From positions 512,001 to 576,000 of the forward strand of contig OY759316.1 of the NCBI GenBank assembly GCA_963662275.1: a DNA stretch of 64,000 nucleotides. Reading direction: 5' to 3'. Positions within the stretch are counted from its first letter, which is position 1, and the number at the start of each line of letters is the position of its first letter. The notes under the pieces are model-generated. The model was not told where the DNA came from. It did not search any database and worked only from the letters and a program-made list of their open reading frames with translations. Origin of the DNA: Candidatus Cloacimonadales bacterium (lineage in GTDB: Bacteria; Cloacimonadota; Cloacimonadia; Cloacimonadales; DAONDQ01). Positions 19,071 to 28,865 of the stretch are shown one piece after another. The position numbers and the translations under genes were made by a program.

Positions 19071-20715
19071 ATGTATAAAGGTATTTTAGTTGTTTTAGCT
19101 GTTCTTCTTTTCACCAGCATTCTCCCTGCGTTGAACCACATGGATATATGACCACCATGACAGGGGAATTTGATTTTGCAGAAATGGGTTGGATCATGAC
19201 CACGCTCGACTGGAATGGTGATGGTTTTGATGATCTCGTTGCAGTTGAGAATCAATGGAGTCCAAATGGATTTACTCCAACACCTCCTCCATTCCCATAT
19301 GGCAAACTTTATGTCTATTTTGGTGGACCGAATTTTGATAGTATCCCGGAAATGGAAATACCTGGAACGCATGAGATCGAATATGGGCATACTGCCTCTA
19401 TGTGCAATGCGGGCGATATGAATGGCGATGGTATTGATGATCTGGCATTATTCAGAGCCACGATGTATGAAGGAACAAGTGACCAGAATTATGATTTGCA
19501 GCTCTGCGTCTTTTACGGCGGTGCCACACCCGATACAATCCCCGATTATGTCCTCACTTTCCCAAGAGAGGAATGGAACAACCAATATTGCTTTGTACGG
19601 GGACTCGGAGACATTAATCTTGATGGTCACGATGAATTAGGATATGACATGGTAAGAATAGGATATCCATGTCGGATTAAATTTGGTATCATCTATGGTG
19701 GAAGCATGGAAAATACCGATTTTAGAGAAATCAGTAATATACAGGATACTCCAAATATTACAGGTATAGGCGATATAAATGGAGATGGAATCAGTGACTT
19801 CACCATTGGGTATTGCTATGGCTCAAGCATAAATCCGCTTTATAGGATTATTGCTTATTATGGAAATTCATCCAGTGCCTATGATGATAGTTTGGTTATT
19901 CATGATTCAGAAGTTTCATGCAGCTCATTTTCATATCCTGCAGGCGATGTTAATGGTGATGGTTATTCTGATTTTATCAGCGTTTTTACTGGGTCAAGTG
20001 CCAATCTTTACTTTGGAGGACCAGGTATAGATGGGACTAATTTCGTGAATATCTCACCACCTTATCATGGCGATGCTGGCGGTGAAGGTTTTGCCCATGG
20101 TGACGTGAACGGCAATGGCACAGATGATCTGATGGGTTCATTTTGTTCCCAAGCTAACGGTTATGGTGATGCTTACCTGTGGATGGGAGGAGTACCCATG
20201 AACGGTACACCCGATCTGCATATTACACCTCCAACCCTGGATATGAATACAGATATGTTCGGTTTCTGCCTAACCATGGGAGATTACAATGGAGACGGCT
20301 GCTGCGATGCTGCTATTTCAGCTCCCTTTGATTATGCTGCTTTTGGAACTCCAGGACGTGTATTTGTCTATGCTGGAAACCAGCAACTCAACGATCCCAC
20401 TCCTATTGCAGATAATACAGAGACACCTGTCATTTCCAAACTGCAGTTGTACCCGAATCCGCTGCAGTCTTGGAATTCTGAACTTAATGTCAGATTCACT
20501 GTTGACCCCCCTACCCCCCTTCCCAAGGGGGGGGTATTAGTTTTGAAATCTACAACATCAGGGGACAAAAAGTCAAGTCGTATACCATCACAGCAGAGCA
20601 AGTTAAAGCCGGTTCTGCGAGTTACAATCTGAACGATCTTTCATCGGGGGTTTATGTGTGTGTATTCACCAGCAGTGAAGCACAGCAGAAACAGAAGATA
20701 ACGGTGATTCCGTAG
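19071..20715 (+). pseudogene. Second FG-GAP/CTD paralog, disrupted by two frameshifts (1-bp deletion at about 19147; G8 tract at 20527-20534)
   Basis: ATG 19071 has the same RBS and signal peptide as 4652. GATAT-ATG replaces GATATCATG. After the G8 tract the paralog-matching CTD (SFEIYNIRGQKVK...QKITVIP*) continues in another frame to TAG 20713-20715. Confidence 0.8.
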
Positions 20716-21027
20716 CAACAACTTCAGTCGTTGGATCAACAGCTTTAGCCGTTATAATGTTTTAACATTATCTGACATCCGGTGGTTTCCCCATCGAAAT
20801 GCCGATGAAGAGAATACGTCCTCTAAAAGAGCACGTAGCACCATCAAATAGATGGCGCCCCCTGAAACAGGTATTCCGTAGCAACAACTTCAGTTGTTAG
20901 ATCAACAGCTTTAGCCGTTATAATGTTTTAACATGATCTGACATCCGGTGGTTTCCCCATCGAAATGCCGATGAAGAGAATACGTCCTCTAAAAGAGGAC
21001 GTAGCACTATCAAACAGATGGCGCCCC
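20707..21027. repeat. Tandem duplication (166-bp period) of a composite REP module
   Basis: GTAGCAACAACTTCAG... starts at 20712 and 20878. Each unit also carries CGTCCTCTAAAAGAG(C/G)ACG and GTAGCAC(C/T)ATC...GATGGCGC. Confidence 0.85.
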
Positions 21028-21174
21028 AATGGCACTCAATTTAGCTTCATTCAGTCATCTCTTACATGCTACAAGCTATTAGCTATAAGCTTCTTCCCTC
21101 CATTTTCTTTGACAAAACATGATTACTTTTATAAAAATGGTATTCATATCATCAAACCTTGATAAGGAGTTTTC

Positions 21175-24100
21175 ATGAATATCCGCATTCTCCTCATTAT
21201 CACATTAGTGGCAATAACAGCGTTATGTTATTCAGTCGCATCCACCTTTTATTTATATGATGGAGCCTGGCTGGAAGTCGATCGGCTTCAGCAGCAGGGA
21301 TTACCCAAATCCATGCAGGAGAAGGTGGATGAGATATATGCTGCTGCTTCAAGGGAAGGTAACTCCAACCAGCAGATCAAAGCATTAATCTATCAACTGA
21401 AATATCTGCAGGATGTGGAGGAGAATTCCGGTCAGAAGACAATTAATACTGTCCAGGAAGAACTGAAAAAAACTGTATTTCCGACGACAGCTATCTTACA
21501 TTCGATGCTGGCTCAACTGTATTGGTCTTATTATGAAAGTAACCGCTGGAAGTTCCAGGGGAGGACTGAAACAGTCAATTTCCAGGCAGATGATATTTCC
21601 ACATGGGATTTAAAGACTCTTACGAGGAAAACGATTTCGGAATATCAAATTTCATTGGCACAAGCGAATAATCTCAAAGTATTAACGATCAAGGATTTCG
21701 ATCTTGTGATTACGCCAGGGGAGGAAGATTTACAAATTCAAAGACCGACATTATATGATTTCCTGGCACATCGTGCCTTGGATTTTTACATGAATGATGA
21801 ATCGGGTTTAGCTGCACCAGCCGATGAATTTAAATTATCTGATAATCTCTATTTTCAATCTGCAGATATGTTTTCAAAGATGAAGATCGTTACTTCTGAT
21901 TCTTTGTCTATGAAATTTCTCTCCATTCAACTTCTTCAAGACCTGGTCAAGTTTCATCTCAATGATAAAAAACCAGACGCCCTAGTGGCAATAGATATAG
22001 ATCGTCTGCAATTCGTTTATGATAACTCCACGCTGAAAGAGCGAGAAGTCTTATTTGAATCAGCTCTGCGGAATCAAATGGTGTTATATGAGGAATCAAC
22101 TATCTCTGCGCTTTCTGCCTATACTCTTGCTTCCCTGTTGAGTGAATTGGCAGCAGAATATAAACCGGATATAGGTGAAAAGTATCGCTGGTATAATAAA
22201 AATGCCTTAGAACTGTGCAATACAACACTGGAAAAGTACAAAACAGATCCTTCCTTTATGACAAGTTATGCTAGAAAATGCCTGGATATCTTAAAAACTC
22301 AGATAATGGATGAAACAACTGAAATCCAAGTTGAAAGCACAGTCCCTAAAAATCAAGCTATCAAAGCCATGGTAAGAATTAAAAACCTATCTCAAATCCA
22401 GGTTCGTCTCTATAAACTAAATTTCTCGGATCAAATCAAAAAAGATATAGATCGTTCACTATACGATTATAAATCCTACCTAGTCCAACTTATACAACAA
22501 ACTCCGCTGCTTGAAAAGATTTACTCTTTCAAGGATGAAGGTGATTACCGTTCACATTCAAATGAAATTGCCCTACCCGGTATGCCCTATGGCAGATATT
22601 TAATCGTGGCATCGGATGATTTCTCCAAATCATTTGATGAGCAGAATCTTAGCTATAATATATTCTGTTGTTCTGATCTATCATATATCGTACAAAACAT
22701 TAAGAAATCGACAATTTTAATTGCCTCCCGTCAATTCGGAACACCAACTCCAAATGTAAGTATAGCCAGGTATATCCAGAAATGGAATGCTTCCCAGAAG
22801 AAGAATATCTTTCAATTAGACTGGAAGGGAAAGGGTGACGCTTTTGGTAAACTCGTGATCCAGGAAAGTAAAGGAGACTACTGGAGCAGTTTATACCTAT
22901 TATCATTAGACAGCGATACGCTGCTGATAAGCAATCTATATTCAGCCCCATTTGATGATCAAATGCCCAGGGTTATCAGCCGCTGCCTGTTATTTACAGA
23001 TAGAGCTATTTATCGTCCAGGGCAGACGATTTTCTACAAAGGGCTTCTCTATGAAACCGACATGTCTAAACAAAATAAAATCCTCTCGCGTAAAACGATT
23101 GCTGTCACATTTTATGATGTGAACGGACAGCAAGTCAGTACTCAAAATTTAATTTCGAATGAATTTGGTACATTCAATGGTTCTCTCACAGCACCGAAAA
23201 ACTCATTAACCGGTGTGATGCAGATTTCCACACCATTTGGATCAACATCGGTTAGTGTTGAAGAGTATAAACGACCTTCTTTTGAAGTAACATTGGATAA
23301 ACCGAAGGACACATATCAACTTGGTCAATCCGTTTCAATCCATGGAAAAGTACTATCTTACGCTGGTTTTCCAATTGATCAGGCAAAGATAACCTATCGG
23401 ATCATAAGACAGCCCCGGTGGTATTTCTGGTATTGGTGGTGGGGGTCAAATTCATCGTCCGGTGATAAGGAAATAGCACAAGGCTCAGTGATTACAAATG
23501 CCAAAGGTGAGTTCGACCTCAGCTTTATAGCCCAGGATGATGAAACAATATCTGATATTGGTGATCCCTATTTCATGTTTAACATCAATGCTGATGCAAC
23601 AGACCAGAATGGAGAAACAAGAAGCGGTTCACTTGGACTGGCAATAGGAAAGACGAATCTTATTATTGATCCTGGTATCAGTGAGATTTTAAACCAGGAT
23701 GTGAAGCAATTAGATTTGCGCATCAAGACAACGAATCTCAGCGGTGAACCTATTCCCGCAAGGGGTTCTGTAACAATAACACGGCTTAAATCACCAAGTC
23801 ATGTCCAGAAAAACAGAATCTGGGACAAACCGGATCGGGCATATTTAGCTCGTGATGATTTCTATAAATTATTCCCTAATGATGTATATGCAGATGATAA
23901 TACAATGTCCAAATGGGATAAGGAAAAGCAGGTTTATAACGGTCAGTTTGACACATCGCAAAACATTCCACTCCAAGTATCCAAAATAGAAGACTGGGAA
24001 TCGGGAGTTTATGTTCTGGAAGCACTGACGCAAGATAAATTCCAGAAAGAAGTGAAAGTTACCCGATATTTTACTCTTTATTCAGCAAAAAGCAATCGAT

Positions 24101-27100
24101 TACCTTATCCGATGGCAGATTGGTTTGTTCCTATCAAGACATCAGGAGAACCTGGTGAAACGGCATCTTTTCTCATTGGAAGCGGCTATGACAAAGTATC
24201 TGTCTTGTATGAAGTTGAACGGAACAATAAAATTGTAGATAGTCTTCGATTCAATTTGAATAATGAACAAAAGCTGTTCAAAATCCCTATTCTCGAAACA
24301 GACAGAGGGAATTTCTCTGTTCATTTTACGTTTATTCGGGATAACAGAGTATATCTTCATAGCCAGGATATCATGGTTCCCTGGACGAATAAAATGCTTG
24401 ATTTCGAGTATATGACTTTCAGAAACAAACTCTTACCCGGGCAGAAAGAGGAATGGCGTTTGAAGATTAAGGATCATACCGGAGGAAAGGCAACGGCTGA
24501 AGTTCTTGCCACTATGTATGATGCTTCCCTGGATGCTTTTCGCAGTAATGATTGGAGGGTAGATTTATACCATACGCTTTATCATAGAGGCGGATGGATT
24601 GCCTATGATTTTGTTACTCCCATGACACTTCTTGTGGTTAATCCTCATAGTCTGCCGGGTTATCCTAACCAGGAATTCAGCTCTTTGAATTGGTATGGAT
24701 ATCAACTGATGTATTATTCACATAGAATGTTTAAAGGGATGCGTTATAAAGCTGATGGAAGAGGAGAGAGTGATTTTGCTGCTGCAGAAGCACCTATGAT
24801 GATTGAGAAGATGTCTGCTGGAGCCGGAAGTGCAAGAGGTGCAAGATCCCATACTGCGACAATGGCGATGGATGAACAAACGGCTGTCAGTAATGGTATG
24901 GGACAAGGTAGTTCGGAACCAAATGCTGATCTAACAAGCATCCAGGCTCGTTCAAATTTTGCTGAAACAGCTTTCTTTTATCCTGAATTACGGACGGATG
25001 AGAAAGGAGAAGTCAGCATTGTATTTACCACACCTGAATCAATAACACGTTTTAAGTTCAGAGCATTAGCCCTGACAAAAGATTTGAAATACGGGATGAC
25101 GGACAGCACTATGGTGACTCAGAAGCCATTGATGGTTATTCCCAACGCCCCGAGATTCTTCAGAGAAGGAGATAAACTCACATTTTCTTCTAAAATCACA
25201 AGTATGGATGAAAAAGACCAATCCGGTGTTTGCCGGTTATTTCTCTTTGATGCCATGACGATGCAGCCAATTGAAAGTACTTTCAAACTGAAGAATACTC
25301 AACAAAACTTTGTGGTAAAAAGAGGTGAAAGCACAGTATTAGAATGGGATCTATTCATTCCCTTCGGGATTGATGCTGTAACCTATCGCGTTGTGGCAAA
25401 AGCGGGTGATTTCTCCGATGGGGAAGAGAAAACAATACCTGTACTTACCAACCGGATGATGGTTACCGAAAGCCTGCCATTACCCGTGAGAGGACATTCC
25501 AGCAAATCATTTGTTTTTGAGAAGTTCAAGAATAGCGGTACATCTACTTCCATCAAGAATTTCAAATTGACTTTGGAATTTACATCCAATCCAGCCTGGT
25601 ATGCTGTGCAAGCGCTGCCGTATATGATGGAATATCCTTACGACTGCAATGAACAGGTATTCTCACGCTTTTATGCCAATAGCATAGCCGTCTTCATAGC
25701 CAATTCGAATCTTCGCATAAAACGAGTTTTTGATGCTTGGAAGAACACACCAACTTCTGAGGCTTTACTTTCCAATTTAGAAAAAAACCAGGAACTGAAA
25801 TCCGTTATGCTCCAGGAAACACCCTGGGTGTTGGATGCTAAGAATGAAGCAGAAAGAAAACATAGGATAGGTTTGCTCTTTGATATGAATAAAATGGCAG
25901 ATGAATTCGAGAGGAATCAGAATAAACTCCTTCAAGCCCAATTACCAAGTGGTGCCTGGTCCTGGTTTAGCGGTATGCCTGATTCCTGGTGGGTGACACA
26001 GTATATTGTGGAAGGTTTTGGACACCTGGATAGACTGGGTATCAAATCTGTCCGTTCAGATACCAGGACTTGGGGTATGAACCTAAGAGCAATTGCTTAC
26101 CTGGATCGGAAGATAGTTGAAGATTATGACAATATTCTTAAGTATGGACATGAAAAAGATGATCATCTGGGCTATATGGAAATTCATTATTTATATACCC
26201 GCTCCTATTTCCCGGATATCACAATGGATGTATCCGTGAAGAAAGCAGTTGATTATTTTAAGGGACAAGCAGAGACATACTGGCTAAGTAAAGGAAAGTA
26301 CGGCCAAGGGATGTTGGCATTGGCAATGAAGAGATTAGGCAATAAAACGCTACCGGTAAAGATAATCGCCTCTCTCAAGGAGCATGCTCTCAATTTTGAA
26401 GAAATGGGTATGTACTGGAAGGAAAACGCCTATGGCTGGTTCTGGTATGAAGCTCCGATTGAAACACAGTCTCTTTTGATTGAAGCATTCAATGATGTCA
26501 CACAGGATACGACATCTGTTGATGGAATGCGTACCTGGTTATTAAAACAAAAACAAACAACGAACTGGAAGACAACAAAAGCGACTGCAGAAGCATGTTA
26601 TGCTCTCCTGCTTTCAGGTACTGAATGGCTTGTGACAGATAAATTATCGGAAATCAAACTAGGTGAAGAGATCATTGATCCGAAAAAACTGGATGGCGTA
26701 CACGTCGAAGCAGGAACAGGTTATTTTAAAACTTCATGGTCAGGCGGCGATATTAAACCTTCCATGGGAGATGTGACCATAACCAATCCGAACGATGTAC
26801 CTGCTTGGGGTGCTCTCTATTGGCAGTACTTCGAGAACCTGGATAAGATCACACCTGCTGAAACACCTCTCAAGCTGATTAAGAAGCTTTTCATAGAAAG
26901 ACAGACTGCAACAGGCTTGGTACTTGATCCAATCTCTACAACAACAATACTTCATGTAGGAGATAAAGTCAAAGTTCGTATAGAATTACATTCAGATCGC
27001 GATATGGAATATGTACATATGAAAGATATGCGCAGTTCCGGCTTCGAACCTATCAATGTGATATCGCAATACAAATGGCAGGATGGATTGGGGTATTATG

Positions 27101-27285
27101 AAGCTACCGGTGATGCTGCGACAAACTTCTTCATCGAGTATCTTCGAAAAGGTACATATGTGTTTGAATATCCGCTCTGGGTGACCAATAAAGGTGACTT
27201 CTCCAATGGGATTACAACCATCCAGTGCATGTACGCACCTGAATTCACGGCGCATTCAGAAGGAATACGGGTGGAAGTTAAATAA
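21175..27285 (+). CDS. Bacterial alpha-2-macroglobulin family protein
   Basis: 2036 aa. FTDRAIYRPGQ (MG2), VEEYKRPSFEV, RSNFAETAFFYP, PRFFREGD, thioester motif YPYDCNEQ and C-terminal CMYAPEF. Confidence 0.92.
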   Translation: MNIRILLIITLVAITALCYSVASTFYLYDGAWLEVDRLQQQGLPKSMQEKVDEIYAAASREGNSNQQIKALIYQLKYLQDVEENSGQKTINTVQEELKKTVFPTTAILHSMLAQLYWSYYESNRWKFQGRTETVNFQADDISTWDLKTLTRKTISEYQISLAQANNLKVLTIKDFDLVITPGEEDLQIQRPTLYDFLAHRALDFYMNDESGLAAPADEFKLSDNLYFQSADMFSKMKIVTSDSLSMKFLSIQLLQDLVKFHLNDKKPDALVAIDIDRLQFVYDNSTLKEREVLFESALRNQMVLYEESTISALSAYTLASLLSELAAEYKPDIGEKYRWYNKNALELCNTTLEKYKTDPSFMTSYARKCLDILKTQIMDETTEIQVESTVPKNQAIKAMVRIKNLSQIQVRLYKLNFSDQIKKDIDRSLYDYKSYLVQLIQQTPLLEKIYSFKDEGDYRSHSNEIALPGMPYGRYLIVASDDFSKSFDEQNLSYNIFCCSDLSYIVQNIKKSTILIASRQFGTPTPNVSIARYIQKWNASQKKNIFQLDWKGKGDAFGKLVIQESKGDYWSSLYLLSLDSDTLLISNLYSAPFDDQMPRVISRCLLFTDRAIYRPGQTIFYKGLLYETDMSKQNKILSRKTIAVTFYDVNGQQVSTQNLISNEFGTFNGSLTAPKNSLTGVMQISTPFGSTSVSVEEYKRPSFEVTLDKPKDTYQLGQSVSIHGKVLSYAGFPIDQAKITYRIIRQPRWYFWYWWWGSNSSSGDKEIAQGSVITNAKGEFDLSFIAQDDETISDIGDPYFMFNINADATDQNGETRSGSLGLAIGKTNLIIDPGISEILNQDVKQLDLRIKTTNLSGEPIPARGSVTITRLKSPSHVQKNRIWDKPDRAYLARDDFYKLFPNDVYADDNTMSKWDKEKQVYNGQFDTSQNIPLQVSKIEDWESGVYVLEALTQDKFQKEVKVTRYFTLYSAKSNRLPYPMADWFVPIKTSGEPGETASFLIGSGYDKVSVLYEVERNNKIVDSLRFNLNNEQKLFKIPILETDRGNFSVHFTFIRDNRVYLHSQDIMVPWTNKMLDFEYMTFRNKLLPGQKEEWRLKIKDHTGGKATAEVLATMYDASLDAFRSNDWRVDLYHTLYHRGGWIAYDFVTPMTLLVVNPHSLPGYPNQEFSSLNWYGYQLMYYSHRMFKGMRYKADGRGESDFAAAEAPMMIEKMSAGAGSARGARSHTATMAMDEQTAVSNGMGQGSSEPNADLTSIQARSNFAETAFFYPELRTDEKGEVSIVFTTPESITRFKFRALALTKDLKYGMTDSTMVTQKPLMVIPNAPRFFREGDKLTFSSKITSMDEKDQSGVCRLFLFDAMTMQPIESTFKLKNTQQNFVVKRGESTVLEWDLFIPFGIDAVTYRVVAKAGDFSDGEEKTIPVLTNRMMVTESLPLPVRGHSSKSFVFEKFKNSGTSTSIKNFKLTLEFTSNPAWYAVQALPYMMEYPYDCNEQVFSRFYANSIAVFIANSNLRIKRVFDAWKNTPTSEALLSNLEKNQELKSVMLQETPWVLDAKNEAERKHRIGLLFDMNKMADEFERNQNKLLQAQLPSGAWSWFSGMPDSWWVTQYIVEGFGHLDRLGIKSVRSDTRTWGMNLRAIAYLDRKIVEDYDNILKYGHEKDDHLGYMEIHYLYTRSYFPDITMDVSVKKAVDYFKGQAETYWLSKGKYGQGMLALAMKRLGNKTLPVKIIASLKEHALNFEEMGMYWKENAYGWFWYEAPIETQSLLIEAFNDVTQDTTSVDGMRTWLLKQKQTTNWKTTKATAEACYALLLSGTEWLVTDKLSEIKLGEEIIDPKKLDGVHVEAGTGYFKTSWSGGDIKPSMGDVTITNPNDVPAWGALYWQYFENLDKITPAETPLKLIKKLFIERQTATGLVLDPISTTTILHVGDKVKVRIELHSDRDMEYVHMKDMRSSGFEPINVISQYKWQDGLGYYEATGDAATNFFIEYLRKGTYVFEYPLWVTNKGDFSNGITTIQCMYAPEFTAHSEGIRVEVK

Positions 27286-27363
27286 ATTCAAGGATTTAAA
27301 GTTGCAGAATAGGGGAGTGCGGTAGTTCACCCGTTTGAAATAACATTCCATTTCATACAATAG

Positions 27364-27440
27364 TGGCGTCCCTGAGACGATTTGAACGTCCGACCTTCAC
27401 CTTCGGAGGGTGCCACTCTATCCAGCTGAGCTACAGGGAC
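27364..27440 (-). tRNA. tRNA-Arg (anticodon CCG)
   Basis: Minus strand GTCCCTG-TAGCTCAGCTGGATAGAGT-G-GCACC-CTCCGAA-GGTGA-AGGTC-GGACG-TTCAAAT-CGTCT-CAGGGAC-G-CCA; cloverleaf with encoded CCA. Confidence 0.93.
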
Positions 27441-27586
27441 GCAGATAATGCTAAGATTCAATTGATACAGACAATGTCAAGGTTCAATTTATGCCTATAA
27501 AAACTGAAAATATTTATTGCTAAATTTAAATGTAATTGTAAAATGCATACAGATGTTCATAAAGATGTCATACGAGGGAGGTTTTC

Positions 27587-28804
27587 ATGAAATATTCTGT
27601 TATTCTGCTTGTCTTGTTATTCACAGTGAGTCTTCTTTCTGCCTATTCCTGGTCACCTTGGGGTCCACCAAATGTTCCGATTTCCAAAGCAGATTGGAAT
27701 ATTCCGGCAGTTCTTTCTAATGGGAGTATCGGTCTGAATGAATCAAATACTTGGAACTATTACACCCACTCGAACTTGAATGTCGTTGATTTTACCCGAT
27801 ACGATTCAAATAGCTTGATCGTCTTGTTGGGATCAGGCAGTAACAGTGATGGAGTGTATTTCTTTAACGTGAATGACCATACATTTGAACTCATGCGATG
27901 GACCATGAGTCCTTTTTTTGTAAAATACTGTTCCTCAGACTCCATGTTCTATGTGGGAGGATTAGACGGTCTGTGGAAAACACCTGATGGTTCACAATGG
28001 ACTGAAGTCGAAATACCGGGGTTTGGAGCTGTTACTGATTTTGCTTACCAGGGCAGTCATTTTGTTGTTTCGAAGAATGAAGAAACCTGGTATTCATCAG
28101 ATGGTGGTACTGTCTGGAATCAATCACAAACAGGAACCAGGCGTCAAGGTTATCGTTTTGACAGTGAAGGTGTCGTGTATTCCTATTTGAAAGAAGGTTC
28201 TTATTCAGATGGGATATGGATTTCTTCGGATTATGGAGAAACCTGGACTGTTGTGATTTGGGCATTTAATCTTTCATGTATAGGTCCTAAATTCAACAAT
28301 AATCTGTGTTTTGGTTGTCTCAACGGAACAAATGACCATCTCGGAGTGGGCATGACAGTTCCCGGTGGTGATTACATTACACTCAATGAAGGACTTCCAA
28401 ATCTCAATATCAATTGCATGGAGATGTTTGATATAATCAATACTCCATCTTTCTGGGTAGGTACGGATAATGGTGCTTACTTCTGCACAGGCTTCCTTGA
28501 GCCGATTCCCATTGACGACCAGGTTGTAAACCCAGCTTCCATGATGCTTAAGAATTACCCTAATCCATTTTCGAAATCGACTACAATTTGTTTCAACACT
28601 CCGAAAAATGCGAAAGAAACCAGGCTGGAAATCTATAATATAAAAGGCGAACTAGTCTATTCTGAGAATGCTAACCAACAAAACAACATCACATGGAATG
28701 GAAACAGTTCAACAGGAATCCCTACTGCAGCCGGTATTTATCTCTGCAAGCTGGTATCACAAAGTAAAATACTGACAGCAAAATCGATAATTCGTATCAA
28801 ATAA
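27587..28804 (+). CDS. Secreted BNR/Asp-box beta-propeller protein with C-terminal T9SS-type sorting domain
   Basis: Signal peptide, SSDGGTVW and SSDYGETW Asp-boxes, and NYPNPF...EIYNIKGELV...AGIYLCKL. Confidence 0.8.
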   Translation: MKYSVILLVLLFTVSLLSAYSWSPWGPPNVPISKADWNIPAVLSNGSIGLNESNTWNYYTHSNLNVVDFTRYDSNSLIVLLGSGSNSDGVYFFNVNDHTFELMRWTMSPFFVKYCSSDSMFYVGGLDGLWKTPDGSQWTEVEIPGFGAVTDFAYQGSHFVVSKNEETWYSSDGGTVWNQSQTGTRRQGYRFDSEGVVYSYLKEGSYSDGIWISSDYGETWTVVIWAFNLSCIGPKFNNNLCFGCLNGTNDHLGVGMTVPGGDYITLNEGLPNLNINCMEMFDIINTPSFWVGTDNGAYFCTGFLEPIPIDDQVVNPASMMLKNYPNPFSKSTTICFNTPKNAKETRLEIYNIKGELVYSENANQQNNITWNGNSSTGIPTAAGIYLCKLVSQSKILTAKSIIRIK

Positions 28805-28823
28805 TGTACTTCCATGATAAACG

Positions 28824-28854
28824 AAAAAGCCGTGGTAAAACCACGGCTTTTTTT
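28824..28854. terminator. Bidirectional intrinsic terminator
   Basis: AAAAAGCCGTGGT-AAA-ACCACGGCTTTTTTT between convergent genes. Confidence 0.85.
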
Positions 28855-28865
28855 AGCAGATCAGG

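Noticed and set aside
4577..19146. Site-specific invertible element (shufflon/invertase)
   Set aside because: No recombinase gene is visible, the repeats are long paralogous sequence rather than short crossover sites, and the enclosed genes are housekeeping.
19016..19390. Antisense ORFs 19016-19390 and 4495-4707 sharing a C-terminus
   Set aside because: Shadow frames created by the duplicated promoter/signal-peptide region; no RBS or recognisable domain.
3006..20715. FG-GAP pair as DGR template/variable regions
   Set aside because: No reverse transcriptase or avd gene in the window; differences are spread over whole genes and are not adenine-specific.
27364..27440. tRNA-Arg as an integration site for an island
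   Set aside because: No duplicated tRNA 3' end and no integrase found in the window.
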